A stretch of DNA of 64,000 nt from an uncultured Candidatus Saccharibacteria bacterium. Lineage in GTDB: Bacteria; Patescibacteriota; Minisyncoccia; Phycocordibacterales; CAIZLB01. The stretch is taken from positions 22,699 through 86,698 of the forward strand of contig CAYJDM010000005.1 in assembly GCA_964368945.1 (NCBI GenBank), read 5' to 3'. The notes beneath the pieces were generated by a model. It searched no databases. It was not told the DNA's origin and saw only the letters and a list, made by a program, of their open reading frames with translations. The translations under genes and the position numbers were made by a program. Below, one piece after another: positions 53,406 through 64,000 of the stretch (its first letter is position 1; each line of letters opens with the position of its first letter).

Positions 53406-55448
53406 TCATCTTTTCTGTCTGTGAAGCTCTGATAGTCGAAGGGAGATTTCTTGACACTTGCGGATTATTTCGTCTGATCTTACCTTATCTCTGGAACTCT
53501 CAGCAAGGGATAATTCGGACATATGCTTGCTTAATTTCTGCTTGAGCGATCGTTCTTCGAGCTCATACAGAAGATCGAAGAGATGCCTGCGCAGATTCTC
53601 TATCTGCGCTTCTATTTTTCCATCAGACTGGGCGAAAAACGCCTCGCCCTCGAACAATAATTCATCGCGATTATTCGCGCGCAATTCCGCTATCTGCTTT
53701 GCCTCATCTCCCTGCACGAAAACAGCGAAGCGCTCTTCGGCATCGTCGCGGACTTTCTTGTATTTTTCAGCATGGGCGGCATTTGCGACTGGCTTGCCCG
53801 CATCAGCATCAGCGTTCGTGCCACCCGCCTTTTCCATGAGTGATTCTATATACGTCATGAGAGCCAGAGTCCTGCGCATAGCCACATCGACCGGAGTCTT
53901 TGCCTCGATATGGTCTTGGCTCGCATACATCTTTCCGCCCATCACTTTTTCATTGCCGATATAATCAGCGGAATCATTCGATGACCCGGACGATCCCTTT
54001 GAATCTGACTTTGAGGCGGATGATTTCGACGATGACGATTGAGAAAAAGAGCTGAGTCCAAGTATTGATTCGCGGCCATCGATGGCGATCTTTTGAACCA
54101 GGGCATCGACCTCATCGCTGATTCTCTTTTCGTCGATCTTTGACTTCAGGCCTCTCGCCGCGACAAGCGAGATCAATTCGCCTCGCTTGATAGAGCTTGG
54201 CGTAAGGGCGATATCCGGCACGATTTCCTTCTCCAAAGCCTTGATTAATTCATGGCGCATCTTGTCCCCTCCTCTATCATTACCATCCGCATCGACATCC
54301 GAATATTTTTCCATCAAGACGCCCAGATAATATTCCACGACATGCGTAGACTTCTTGAGGGCTTCGACGAATGCCGCCTTGTCCTTCACGATGAGAGAAG
54401 CCGGATCCTCGCCCTTTGGCAAAGTCACGACTTTCACATCGAAGCCCTGCTCGATCGCCAATCGCTCCCCTCTTCGCGTAGCGCCATAGCCGGCATTGTC
54501 GGCGTCGTACATGAAGATGAGATTCTTCGTCATGCGGCCGATTTTTTCCAAATGAAGAGAAGTCAAGGCCGTTCCCGATGTAGCGACGGTATTCTCGACG
54601 CCGATCTGATGCGACATGAGCAAATCCATCTGGCCCTCTACCAGAATCACATAGCCCCATTTGCGAATGGCATGCTTGGCGCGATCGAATCCATACAATA
54701 GCTCTGACTTATTGAAGACCTGGCTGTCCGGGCTATTGAGATATTTTGCCGAGGCGCCATCCACCGCTTCTTTGCCAAAGATTCTGCCAGAAAACCCTAC
54801 GACACGTCCTGACGAATCGAATAATGGGAACATGATGCGCGAACGGAATCGGTCATAGCATTTGCGCTGACCATTCTCCAAGCTCTGCTTGATCAAGCCG
54901 ACCTGCTCCATCTCATCGAGCGAGATCAGATGCCCTTCGATTTTCTGATTGATGAGATATGACGAAACCGATCGCCATTCATCCGGCGCATATCCGATCT
55001 TCCAATCCTTGGCGCTTTGCTCCGTCAATCCTCGATCAAACAGATATCTCAAAGCATCTGCTCCAGGTGCCGGCTTGGCAAGCCACAAAAGCCGCGCATA
55101 AAACTCCATGGCCATTTCCAGGATCTTGTACTGACGCTCGCTTTTCTTATAGGCATCCGATTTGAATTCATCGAGAGGCACGCCCGCGCGCTCAGCCAGC
55201 ACCTTGAGGGCGCCTAGGAAATCCATCTTTTCATATTCCTGAACGAAGGTGAAGATATCCCCTTTCTGTCCGCAACCGAAGCAATAATAATTGTTTCGGG
55301 ATGGCGAGATGAAGAATGACGGAGTTTTTTCATTGTGAAAAGGACACCGCGCCTTGAAATTGGCGCCGGCGCTTTCCACCTTGATATACGAACTGATTAC
55401 ATCAACGATACCGAGTCGTTCCTTGATGCGTTCAGCTGTTGAGGCCAT
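53406..55448 (-). CDS. dnaG: DNA primase
   Basis: CHC2 zinc finger (CPFHNEKTPSFFISPSRNNYYCFGCGQKGD), RNA-polymerase domain, TOPRIM (EGQMDLL...YDADNAG), and a Ser-rich C-terminal linker. Confidence 0.9.
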   Translation of the reverse strand: MASTAERIKERLGIVDVISSYIKVESAGANFKARCPFHNEKTPSFFISPSRNNYYCFGCGQKGDIFTFVQEYEKMDFLGALKVLAERAGVPLDEFKSDAYKKSERQYKILEMAMEFYARLLWLAKPAPGADALRYLFDRGLTEQSAKDWKIGYAPDEWRSVSSYLINQKIEGHLISLDEMEQVGLIKQSLENGQRKCYDRFRSRIMFPLFDSSGRVVGFSGRIFGKEAVDGASAKYLNSPDSQVFNKSELLYGFDRAKHAIRKWGYVILVEGQMDLLMSHQIGVENTVATSGTALTSLHLEKIGRMTKNLIFMYDADNAGYGATRRGERLAIEQGFDVKVVTLPKGEDPASLIVKDKAAFVEALKKSTHVVEYYLGVLMEKYSDVDADGNDRGGDKMRHELIKALEKEIVPDIALTPSSIKRGELISLVAARGLKSKIDEKRISDEVDALVQKIAIDGRESILGLSSFSQSSSSKSSASKSDSKGSSGSSNDSADYIGNEKVMGGKMYASQDHIEAKTPVDVAMRRTLALMTYIESLMEKAGGTNADADAGKPVANAAHAEKYKKVRDDAEERFAVFVQGDEAKQIAELRANNRDELLFEGEAFFAQSDGKIEAQIENLRRHLFDLLYELEERSLKQKLSKHMSELSLAESSRDKVRSDEIIRKCQEISLRLSELHRQKR

Positions 55449-55544
55449 AGGTTTTGGGTTGAGATTTTTTGTAAAGGTCGCCGTGACTTAAGCGAGCCTT
55501 TTGATAAATCCCGAGCACATAGTTCTTGACGCGATTACGCGTTC

Positions 55545-58500
55545 CTATGCATTCAAGTATTCGTCTGTATCTCCGTTCGCGTACGAATCGTGAAGATCCT
55601 GGATCATCTTGTTCTTCGGGCTTCCCTTGAATCCGGTTCCGGCAGGGATCAATCGTCCGATGATGACGTTTTCCATGATTCCATAAAGCTGATCCGGCTG
55701 TGCCTTCAATGATGCGCCGATGAGGATTCGGTTCGTATGCTGGAACGATGCCGCCGAGAGAACGCTTCTTCGCGAAAGCGATGCTTCCGTGATTCCCATG
55801 GCTACATGCTCTCCCTTCGCCTCGATTCCGCTATTGTTTCGAGCCTTTCGGTTTTCTACATCCATTTCTACGCTTTCGACATGGTCGCCGACTGCGAATG
55901 GAGTGCTGCCCGCTTCCTTGACCCTCTGTCGTGAGAACATCTGTCGCACGATGATTTCGATATGCTTTCGGTTCAAGCTATCTCCCTGCAACTCGTAAAT
56001 CTTCTTTACTTCATTGATGATGTATTCCTGAGCAGCGCTCTGTCCGGCATACTTGTAAAGCTCTTCGATATCCGCATGACCGTCAGTGAGGATGTCTCCC
56101 TTCGATACATGCTGATTCGCCTTTACAGTAGGAACTCGCGGGTGATGGAAGAGGTATTCCGTCTCGACGATCTTCTTGCCCTTTGCAGGAGCATCAGGAA
56201 TGATCTTGATGATTCGGTCTCGTCCGGCCTCTCGCACTTCGCTGATGACGCCATCAACCTTTGCGATGATCGCAGGGTGCTTAGGCGCTCGAAGCTCGAA
56301 CAATTCTTCTACTCGCGGCAAACCGGCTGTGATATCTCCTCCGACTACGGCTACACCTCCTGAGTGGAAGGTACGCATAGTAAGCTGAGTTCCCGGCTCT
56401 CCAATCGCCTGTGCGGCAACCGTACCGACGGCTTCTCCGAGGTCTGTCATCTTGCCCTTGGCAAGATCCATACCGTAGCAAGCTGCGCAGATTCCAAGCT
56501 CAGTCTTGCAAGAGAGCGGAGATCGCACTGCCAATTCGATGATTCCCTGGCTTTCGAGAACGAGGGCATCGTCCTTTGTCAAAAGATGGCCTCGCTTGAA
56601 GATGACTGCTCCATCAGCATTCGTCACATCCTTGGCGACGATTCGTCCAGTGGCAGACTTCACGTATGATTGAGAGATTCCTGATGCGGTCTTGTGGGTG
56701 ATCGTAATCGATTCCTTCGTTCCGCAATCGTCTTCGGTGATCATGATGTCCTGAGCGACAACGAAGAGTCGTCGCGTAAGGTATCCGGCCTTCGCTGTGT
56801 TCAAGGCAGTATCGGTCATACCCTTTCGCACGCCGTGAGTCGTAATGAAGTATTCAATCGGAGTAAGTCCTTCCTTGAATGATGATGTGATCGGAAGCTC
56901 GATCGTCTCTCCCTGAGAGTTTTGGATCATACCCTTCATACCCACCATCTGCGTAAGCTGACCCATCGAACCTCGCGCTCCTGAGATAACCATGTCATAG
57001 ACCGGGCTATTTCGATCAAGAGTTCGAGCTACATGTGATTCAACTTCTGCCTTGGCATCCTGCCAGATTCCGATGATCTTTCGAGTCTTCTCGTCTGCAG
57101 CGAGCAATCCATCATTGTAATCCGCAGTAACGACATCGGATTTGACCCGAGCTCGTTCTACTACTTCATGCTTCTCTGGCTGAACGACGATGTCATCGAT
57201 AGACCAAGTGACGCCTGACTTAGTCACATATTTGAATCCGAAATCCTTAAGCTTATCGATAAGCACAGGAACATTATCAAGGCCTACGAGATTGACGGTA
57301 TCCTTGATGATTCCGCTCATAACTGACTGTGTGACTTCCTTATTCACATATGCATATGTATCTGCAAGGAGATTGTTGAAAAGAATTCGTCCGACCGTAG
57401 TCTCGAATACCTTTCCTTCGAATTCAGCGAACTTAGGAGTCTCAGGAGCGAGGACCTTGATGATCGTTCGGTATGAGATCTGATCGAAGTTCAAAGCCTG
57501 AATAGCTTCGTCCGGACCAGAGAAAGCCTTGCCTTCTCCCTTTTCTCCTGGAACATGCTTCGTCATCCAGAATGCTCCGAGCACGATATCGAGCATCTTA
57601 TTCGTAACAGTCGGCTCTCCTGTTCCCGGCTTCAAGATGTTCTTGCTAGACTGCATGATTTCTCGTGCCTCAAGCTGAGCTTCTTCGGACAATGGAACGT
57701 GGACGGCCATCGTATCTCCGTCGAAGTCGGCGTTGAATGGAGAACAAACGAGAGGGTGAACCTGGATCGCATTACCTTCTGTCAAAACCGGCTGGAAAGC
57801 CTGGATAGACAATCGGTGAAGCGTAGGGGCTCGGTTCAAGAGAACGTATTTATCCTTGATGATCTGCTCGAGGATTGCCCATACTTCTGGAATACCATCA
57901 TCGATCAATCGAGATGCGCCTCGAATATTGAAGGCCATTTCTCGCTTGAGCAATTCTGAGATAACGAATGGTCGGAACAATTCCAATGCCATATGCTTTG
58001 GAAGTCCGCACTGGTTGAGCTTGAGGTTTGGACCTACGACGATTACTGATCGTCCAGAGTAGTCCACTCGCTTTCCGAGCAAGTTCTGTCGGAAGAGACC
58101 TCGCTTGCCCTTGAGGTTATCGGCAATAGACTTGAGCGGTCGTCGCTGAGCCGCGCCCATTCCTGCATATACGGTAGAACCATGTCGGATCGAGTTGTCG
58201 ATCAAGGCATCTACGGCTTCCTGCAAGATTCGCTTCTCATTTCGAAGGATGACGTCCGGAGCATTGATCTCTCGTAGCTTTCGAAGTCGATTGTTTCGGT
58301 TGATAACTCGTCGGTAGAGATCGTTAACATCAGAAGTGGCATGTCGTCCGCCTTCCAATGCAACCATAGGTCGGAGACCTGCTGGAATTACAGGGAGAGC
58401 ATTGATGAACATCCATTCAGGTCGAACATTCGCCTGAGCGAGGGATTTGACGACTGAGATTCGTCGGAGGATCTTGTCTCGATCGACAGCGGATGCCTTA

Positions 58501-59234
58501 TCGACATTTGATTCGAGCTCTGTAAGGAGCTTTTTGACATCGAGAGTCTTGAAAATATTGTGAACAGCTTCTGCGCCGATGCCAGCCTCGAATGAAGATC
58601 CATATCGGAGAGAGAATTTATGGTATGCGACTTCGTCGAGAACGCGTCCGATCTGAATGCTTTCGATATCAGTCTTTGCGCCCATGAGCAATTCGATAAG
58701 AGCCTCCTTGGTCTTTTCATCCTGAAGAGTCTTTACCTTATTCTTATATTCGCTATCGAGCTCTCGGAGGAGTCGGGCTTTTTCTTCCTCATTGACCTTG
58801 GTGATCAAATATCCGGCGAAGTAGATAACCTTCTCCACTTCTCCAGCATTCATTCCGAGAACCTGTGCGATTCGAGAAGGAAGAGTTCGCAAGTACCAGA
58901 TATGAGAAACGGGCACGCAAAGCTCGATATGGCCCATTCGCTCTCGTCGAACGATTGATCGCGTAAGCTCTACTCCGCACTTCTCGCAGACGATTCCCTT
59001 ATATCGAATTCCCTTATACTTTCCGCAATAACATTCGAAATCCTTTTCAGGACCGAAGATTTTCTCATCGAAAAGACCATTCTTCTCGCTTCGCTGCGTT
59101 CGGTAGTTCATCGTCTCCGGCTTCGTCACCTCGCCATGAGACCATTCTCGGATTCGCTCAGGAGATGCGAGCTTGAGGACGATTGAGTCGAATGCATCCA
59201 CGCTTTTTTCCTTGATTGTTCTTGAAGTTTTCAT
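55545..59234 (-). CDS. rpoC: DNA-directed RNA polymerase subunit beta'
   Basis: Zn-finger [27 protein letters not shown] active site, and bridge-helix / trigger-loop motifs. Confidence 0.95.
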   Translation of the reverse strand: MKTSRTIKEKSVDAFDSIVLKLASPERIREWSHGEVTKPETMNYRTQRSEKNGLFDEKIFGPEKDFECYCGKYKGIRYKGIVCEKCGVELTRSIVRRERMGHIELCVPVSHIWYLRTLPSRIAQVLGMNAGEVEKVIYFAGYLITKVNEEEKARLLRELDSEYKNKVKTLQDEKTKEALIELLMGAKTDIESIQIGRVLDEVAYHKFSLRYGSSFEAGIGAEAVHNIFKTLDVKKLLTELESNVDKASAVDRDKILRRISVVKSLAQANVRPEWMFINALPVIPAGLRPMVALEGGRHATSDVNDLYRRVINRNNRLRKLREINAPDVILRNEKRILQEAVDALIDNSIRHGSTVYAGMGAAQRRPLKSIADNLKGKRGLFRQNLLGKRVDYSGRSVIVVGPNLKLNQCGLPKHMALELFRPFVISELLKREMAFNIRGASRLIDDGIPEVWAILEQIIKDKYVLLNRAPTLHRLSIQAFQPVLTEGNAIQVHPLVCSPFNADFDGDTMAVHVPLSEEAQLEAREIMQSSKNILKPGTGEPTVTNKMLDIVLGAFWMTKHVPGEKGEGKAFSGPDEAIQALNFDQISYRTIIKVLAPETPKFAEFEGKVFETTVGRILFNNLLADTYAYVNKEVTQSVMSGIIKDTVNLVGLDNVPVLIDKLKDFGFKYVTKSGVTWSIDDIVVQPEKHEVVERARVKSDVVTADYNDGLLAADEKTRKIIGIWQDAKAEVESHVARTLDRNSPVYDMVISGARGSMGQLTQMVGMKGMIQNSQGETIELPITSSFKEGLTPIEYFITTHGVRKGMTDTALNTAKAGYLTRRLFVVAQDIMITEDDCGTKESITITHKTASGISQSYVKSATGRIVAKDVTNADGAVIFKRGHLLTKDDALVLESQGIIELAVRSPLSCKTELGICAACYGMDLAKGKMTDLGEAVGTVAAQAIGEPGTQLTMRTFHSGGVAVVGGDITAGLPRVEELFELRAPKHPAIIAKVDGVISEVREAGRDRIIKIIPDAPAKGKKIVETEYLFHHPRVPTVKANQHVSKGDILTDGHADIEELYKYAGQSAAQEYIINEVKKIYELQGDSLNRKHIEIIVRQMFSRQRVKEAGSTPFAVGDHVESVEMDVENRKARNNSGIEAKGEHVAMGITEASLSRRSVLSAASFQHTNRILIGASLKAQPDQLYGIMENVIIGRLIPAGTGFKGSPKNKMIQDLHDSYANGDTDEYLNA

Positions 59235-59279
59235 AATTGTGTTTTTTTGTGTAGGTTTTAGATAAAAGTTGGATGCGGC

Positions 59280-62200
59280 TTAAATCGAATCATCTTCAAT
59301 CAATTCTCCAATTCGACCGTCTTTTTGGAGTTCTACATCGATGCCGAGACCTCGCAGGTTCGCCAACAATACATTGAACGATGCGGGAGCATTAGGCTCG
59401 ATCAATCGCTGGCCCTTTACGATAGAGTCGAAAGCCTGAGATCGTCCGACGATATCGTCCGACTTGATCGTAAGCATTTCTCGGAGCATATGAGCGGCTC
59501 CATAACCTGCGAGCGCCCACACTTCCATTTCTCCGAATCGCTGACCTCCTGACTGCGCCTTTCCTCCGAGAGGCTGCTGCGTGATCAAAGAGTAGGGACC
59601 GATAGATCGCATATGGATCTTATCCTCGACCATATGGTGAAGCTTCAACATATACATGTATCCGACTGATACGTCCTGCTCGAACTTTTCTCCAGTTCGT
59701 CCATCGAAAAGCTTCTGCTTTCCAGTCTCAGGGATTCCCTGAGCAACGAGCTCTGCCTTGATTTCCTCAACCGTCGCGCCCATGAATGGAGGGACGATAG
59801 CCTGATATCCGCCCTTTGCAGCAGCGAGACCGAGGTGAAGTTCCATGATCTGTCCGAGGTTCATTCGAGAAGGCACACCGAGCGGAGTAAGGATCATATC
59901 CACAGGAGTACCGTCAGCCATGAATGGCATATCTTCGACAGGAAGGACTCGTGAGATGACACCCTTGTTTCCATGTCGTCCAGCGAACTTATCTCCGACA
60001 GTCGCATTTCGAAGAAGCGCGACCTCGATATGGATTCGCTTGATGATTCCAGATTCGAGCTTATCGCCTCGCTCTCGCGAGAATACCTTGACGCCGATGA
60101 CTCGTCCTCGCTTTCCATTTTCGAGTCGCTTAGATGAATCCTTAACGTCTCGAGACTTTTCTCCGAAGATTGATCGGAGGAGTCGCTCTTCAGGCGTAAG
60201 CTGCGTTTCAGACTTCGGAGTGATCTTTCCTACGAGGATATCTCCTGGCCGAACTTCTGCGCCGATTCGAACGATGCCGTCTACATCGAGGTTCTTGAGC
60301 TTGCCTTCTCCGACATTCGGAATGTCATGAGTAGTGACTTCGGGCCCAAGCTTCGTATCTCGAACATTGATTTCGAATTCTTCGAGGTGCACGGTCGTGA
60401 ACTTCGATTCTCGAACCAATCGCTCAGAAATGATGATGGCATCTTCATAGTTCGCGCCAGACCATGTCATGAATGCGATGAGCGCATTCTGTCCGAGCGC
60501 GATCTGACCATTGTCAGTCGTAGAAGCATCAGCGAGAATATCTCCTCGCTTTACTTTCTGATTAGGGAAAACAACCGGTCGCTGATGGAAAGCCGTGAAC
60601 TGGTTAGACTTTTCGAATGCGACGAGCTTGTATTCAATGTCCTTCTTTGGACCCTTGAAAACGATCTTCTGCGCATCTACATATGTGATAGTTCCATCAT
60701 CTGGAGCCACGATTACTCGTCCTACATCGAGAGCTGCTTTTTCTTCAATTCCCGTAGCAACGAAAGGAGCTTCAGGAACGATTACAGGCGTAGCCTGCTT
60801 CTGCATATTCGATCCCATCAAGGCTCGCGTACCATCATCATTGCTTACGAAAGGAATCATCGATGTAGAGATCGAGAATGCCTGCTCTGTAGCAACGTCC
60901 ATGAGATCCACATCAGTAGCAAGTACGATCGCAGGCTTGCCCTTGAGTCGTACCTCTACGCGCTCTTCCTTGATCTTCATATTCGTATCATACGGAGTCG
61001 CAGCGTGGGCGATTCTGAAGCCTTCTTCTTCGAGGGCGTTCAAATAGATGATTTCAGACGTGATCTTTCCATTCTTTACCTTTGCATATGGAGTCTCGAT
61101 CATGCCGAAATGGTTGATTCGAGCATATGTAGCAAGCTGAAGAACGAGACCGATGTTCGGACCTTCAGGCGTATGGATCGGACAGATTCGTCCATAATGA
61201 GAAGGGTGTACGTCTCGAACTTCGATACCTGCTCGCTCTCGCGTAAGTCCGCCGGGACCGAGGGCTGAGATTCGTCGCAAGTGCTCTAGCTCTGAGAGGA
61301 CATTTTCCTGGCTCATGAACTGTGATAGCTGGTTCGTCGTGAAGAATTCCTTTACTCGAGCCTGGAGAGGTCGAGGAGAGATGAAGTTCACAGGCAATGT
61401 CGCATCAGTATCAATAGTAGACATTCGGTTCTGAATGTTTCGCTTGATCTGAGTCATACCGATTCGAACCTTCTGCTGGAGCATTTCTCCAACCAATCGC
61501 ACTCGTCGAGATCCCATATGGTCGATATCGTCGATTTCCGCCGCAGGATTATGGTTGAGCTCGATCATATGCATGATGCTCGTAACGAGATCGTCAAGAG
61601 TGAGCGCCATCTGGCTGAGATTCTTCTCATCCATAGGCTTGCCGAATCGCTGATTGAATCGGAATCGTCCGACTCGCGAGAATTCATATCGCTCCGTGCT
61701 GAAAAGCGCCGAGATATGCTCTTTGGCGTTTTCTGGAGTGGCGAGGTCGCCATCTCGAAGCTTTCGGTAGATTTCTACATATGATTCGTCAGATGTCTTG
61801 GCATGATCCTTTGCCAAAGTAACCTCGAGGTGAGGCTTAGCATACTTGCTTGTCTTGAATAGGTCGTAGATTTCCGTATCAGTATCCACTCCGAAGATTC
61901 GAAGAAGCGAAGAAACCGGGAATTTTCGCTTTCGATCGATCTTTACCATCATCGCGCCATCCGCTTCCGTCTCGATCTCAATCCATGCGCCTCGTGCTGG
62001 AATGATCTTCGTTCCGAAATAGCTCTTTCCCTTGAGTTCATTTGCTGTGAAAAACACACCGTATGATCGCGCGAGCTGAGGCACGATCAATCGCTCGATA
62101 CCATTGATGATGAACGTACCGTGCTCAGTCATGACAGGGAAGTCGGCCATGAATACTTCCTGCTCCTTCTCAGTATTGAGGATCTTGTTCTTGACTCGAA

Positions 62201-62462
62201 CCATCACCTTGAGAGGGGCTTCGAAGTTGACCTTATTGGCCTTGGCATATGCCTCGTCGTATTTGGGCTTCTGAAGCTCGAATCCCGTAAAGTCGAGCTC
62301 GAATTTCTTTCCTGTAAAATCCTGGATTGAAGAGAATTCTCCGAATACGTCTTTCAATCCCTGTTCCTGAAGCCATTTGAATGAATCAAGCTGAGCCTCA
62401 ACCAGGTTTGGCATCGGTGTCAGCGGCTCCTTAAATTTTGAAAAATATTTCTTTGGGCGCAT
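59280..62462 (-). CDS. rpoB: DNA-directed RNA polymerase subunit beta
   Basis: Rifampicin-cluster region (QLSQFMSQENVLSELEHLRRISALGPGGL), GDKFAGRHGNKGV, and C-terminal motifs. Confidence 0.95.
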   Translation of the reverse strand: MRPKKYFSKFKEPLTPMPNLVEAQLDSFKWLQEQGLKDVFGEFSSIQDFTGKKFELDFTGFELQKPKYDEAYAKANKVNFEAPLKVMVRVKNKILNTEKEQEVFMADFPVMTEHGTFIINGIERLIVPQLARSYGVFFTANELKGKSYFGTKIIPARGAWIEIETEADGAMMVKIDRKRKFPVSSLLRIFGVDTDTEIYDLFKTSKYAKPHLEVTLAKDHAKTSDESYVEIYRKLRDGDLATPENAKEHISALFSTERYEFSRVGRFRFNQRFGKPMDEKNLSQMALTLDDLVTSIMHMIELNHNPAAEIDDIDHMGSRRVRLVGEMLQQKVRIGMTQIKRNIQNRMSTIDTDATLPVNFISPRPLQARVKEFFTTNQLSQFMSQENVLSELEHLRRISALGPGGLTRERAGIEVRDVHPSHYGRICPIHTPEGPNIGLVLQLATYARINHFGMIETPYAKVKNGKITSEIIYLNALEEEGFRIAHAATPYDTNMKIKEERVEVRLKGKPAIVLATDVDLMDVATEQAFSISTSMIPFVSNDDGTRALMGSNMQKQATPVIVPEAPFVATGIEEKAALDVGRVIVAPDDGTITYVDAQKIVFKGPKKDIEYKLVAFEKSNQFTAFHQRPVVFPNQKVKRGDILADASTTDNGQIALGQNALIAFMTWSGANYEDAIIISERLVRESKFTTVHLEEFEINVRDTKLGPEVTTHDIPNVGEGKLKNLDVDGIVRIGAEVRPGDILVGKITPKSETQLTPEERLLRSIFGEKSRDVKDSSKRLENGKRGRVIGVKVFSRERGDKLESGIIKRIHIEVALLRNATVGDKFAGRHGNKGVISRVLPVEDMPFMADGTPVDMILTPLGVPSRMNLGQIMELHLGLAAAKGGYQAIVPPFMGATVEEIKAELVAQGIPETGKQKLFDGRTGEKFEQDVSVGYMYMLKLHHMVEDKIHMRSIGPYSLITQQPLGGKAQSGGQRFGEMEVWALAGYGAAHMLREMLTIKSDDIVGRSQAFDSIVKGQRLIEPNAPASFNVLLANLRGLGIDVELQKDGRIGELIEDDSI

Positions 62463-63029
62463 GTATGCTATGGGTAAAATGAGTAAAATTGGTAGGTTTT
62501 TGTAATGAAGATCTCATCAAAAGCGCTTTCAAAGCCGCATAATCTACCCCAAAAGTTATCCACAGAGACCGGTTTTCTCCCCTATTTGCAGCCTTTTTCA
62601 AGGCAGAAATCGTTGAGGAATCTCTGTGTTTTAACCCCTAATAAACAAAAAAAATCGCACGGAATTGGGATATCGAGCGAGTTGCTAGTTAGGGATGGGA
62701 TTTTAAATATGGCCTAGAATAAGCTTAAAATGAAACTTAGTAACAGGAAAGTCTGTCAGGTTCACGCGAAGAGCTGGCGGGAAAACTCATTCGTCTTACG
62801 CAGAATACTATTCTTGCATTATTTTTAGGCCCCGTCAACAGGTATCCGGAAGCAAAACAAAAGTCAATCATCTTTTACACATATGGGGATAAAAAGGTTG
62901 CATGTCGATTGCTTCTGCCCTGTCTCAGGCATATCATTGACCTGAAGCCATCAAAGCTCTTTGATTTCTTTTCCTTTCGAAACTTCCCCAGTCCATCAGC
63001 CAGCACAACCCCACCACCATACTGCCATC

Positions 63030-63275
63030 ATGATCAATTCCGTACCAGGGCTTCTGCCCTTCGTCCCATCAGCGACTCCACGCATTCGCCGGCCGCAAGC
63101 GGCACAGTCGCCAGCGAGCATCGTGCCATCTCCCTTGCCAGGACAACTCGTCATAGTGAGCAAAAACGGCATCAGCTCGGCATTCATGCCGCAATCAATG
63201 CCATCGCCCCAATCGCCGCCCCGCGATTTCGCCGAAGGCGCACCTGAAGACAATCTTCCGAACGATGAGAGCTGA
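63030..63275 (+). CDS. Possible small Pro-rich protein (81 aa) in the otherwise non-coding region upstream of rpoB
   Basis: An ATG 12 nt downstream of a CAACCCCACCACC motif; a strong terminator follows at 63303. But this region is GC-rich and has ORFs in all frames. Confidence 0.15.
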   Translation: MINSVPGLLPFVPSATPRIRRPQAAQSPASIVPSPLPGQLVIVSKNGISSAFMPQSMPSPQSPPRDFAEGAPEDNLPNDES

Positions 63276-63302
63276 GGGACCGAATAGGTTCACAAAAACA
63301 CG

Positions 63303-63345
63303 CTGCCGGCCCCGCATGATTGCGGAGGCCGGCAGGTTTTTTTTT
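63303..63345. terminator. Bidirectional intrinsic terminator (CTGCCGGCC ccgcatgattgcgga GGCCGGCAG + T9)
   Basis: 9-bp outer stem plus inner CCGCA/TGCGG pairing. Followed by TTTTTTTTT. Serves the GNAT gene on the minus strand. Confidence 0.65.
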
Positions 63346-63402
63346 AAATTTAATCCCTCCAATAAGCTCATTCCATGAAGAAAATATGCATACTAGCTAG
63401 GT

Positions 63403-63897
63403 TTATTCGCCGTCAGCTGGATTATATTCCATCATATAGTGCATATCCGTCGTCTCAGTATCCTTAAATCCGAGCTTTGTATATAGCCGCCTCGCATCTA
63501 CGTTTTCCCTTAGAACCTGCAGCTTTACAGGAATTCCCTTTGATTTCGCTTCATCTATCAATTCCCGCAAGACCTTGCTGCCGATGCCTTGTCTCTGGAA
63601 TTCATTTGAGACGACCAATTCATGCAAGAAGATATGATCCGAATGACGCTCAATCGCGCAATATCCGCAATCTCTTTCGTCGCTCATCATCACCTCATGA
63701 GGATCCGCATTCCAGGCATTGTCAAAAAATTCATCCTGCATCGCTTCATCCCATTCGCCGAACTGTCTGACTACCGTATCGTGATATCCCTCATGATGAA
63801 CGCGACGCGCGAAATCAGTATCTTCTGCAGTCGCGGCCCGTCTTGTTATTTTCGGACCTTCTTCAAGTGTTGCCATACCCGGAGCTTTTTCATTCAT
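63403..63897 (-). CDS. GNAT-family N-acetyltransferase
   Basis: Motif A QRQGIGSKVLRELIDEAK and motif B region (RRLYTKLGF). Confidence 0.8.
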   Translation of the reverse strand: MNEKAPGMATLEEGPKITRRAATAEDTDFARRVHHEGYHDTVVRQFGEWDEAMQDEFFDNAWNADPHEVMMSDERDCGYCAIERHSDHIFLHELVVSNEFQRQGIGSKVLRELIDEAKSKGIPVKLQVLRENVDARRLYTKLGFKDTETTDMHYMMEYNPADGE

Positions 63898-64000
63898 AGT
63901 GAATCAATTATACATTCTCGCTGCCTTTCTTGGAATTCTTGATCAAATCTTCAGCAGCTCTCCATTCCTCAATCTTCTTATGATCGCCGGACATGAGCAC

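Noticed and set aside
60327-61268. 313-aa plus-strand ORF inside rpoB
   Set aside because: Antisense to an unmistakable rpoB coding region, so it is a compositional artefact.
62780-62860. Possible SRP (4.5S) RNA because of a CAGGUAUCCGGAAGC segment resembling the conserved domain IV GGAA-tetraloop region
   Set aside because: The closing base pairs around GGAA do not form (C:C clash). The characteristic symmetric/asymmetric loop sequences and the 5'/3' pairing are absent. It is probably coincidence.
1-64000. CRISPR arrays, rRNA genes, tRNA genes, integrase/transposase genes
   Set aside because: No regularly spaced direct repeats were seen. No 16S/23S-like conserved stretches or tRNA-like cloverleaf candidates were recognised by eye. 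No recombinase/transposase motifs were recognised. A dedicated scan (tRNAscan-SE, Infernal, CRISPRCasFinder) would be needed to be certain.

Overview
This 64-kb window looks like a compact bacterial chromosome segment. No 16S/23S-like or tRNA-like sequences were noticed. The GC content is roughly 50% by eye (no computation was run). Start codons are almost never preceded by a Shine-Dalgarno motif, and leaders are A-rich; this pattern is seen in Bacteroidota and some CPR/Patescibacteria lineages. The minus strand carries a contiguous rpoB-rpoC-dnaG-rpoD block. Other housekeeping genes present are eno, gpmI, hisS, truB, dus, dnaX, def and a cyclophilin. There is a type IV pilus / T2SS-like cluster (PilB/GspE ATPase, PilC/GspF, two prepilin-like proteins). 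A 7-gene glycan-modification operon spans 17.6-24.4 kb (GT4, tandem NUDIX, GT2, histidine phosphatase, SAM methyltransferase, HAD hydrolase, NAD-epimerase). There is a PadR-PspC-DUF4097 stress module. Secreted META/HslJ-like and MliC-like proteins sit side by side. An AddA-like UvrD helicase with a C-terminal PD-(D/E)XK nuclease is present. Many intrinsic terminators have GC-rich stems. The most unusual region is a GC-richer 2.4-kb island at about 27.7-30.1 kb, wedged between dnaX and dus. It holds three independently terminated genes. One is a tandem MazG-like pyrophosphohydrolase. The other two are paralogous unknowns, each preceded by a duplicated element built from 15-16 bp inverted repeats (GGCGATAT half-sites). 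Two of the three genes share a thrice-repeated CxxCx4CxC cysteine knuckle. Other notable signals: a candidate ~140-nt sRNA or attenuator leader with a near-consensus promoter and a terminator upstream of dus; Lys/Ala/Pro-rich N-terminal tails on both RpoD and enolase; telomere-like CCCCAA-type C-rich motifs just upstream of three hypothetical genes; two tandem perfect palindromes sharing an ACGTTACGT core; a repeated terminator element in a gene-poor stretch between eno and gpmI; and an intrinsic terminator abutting the start codon of the epimerase gene. All functional calls come from motif-level recognition by eye. No database searches were run.
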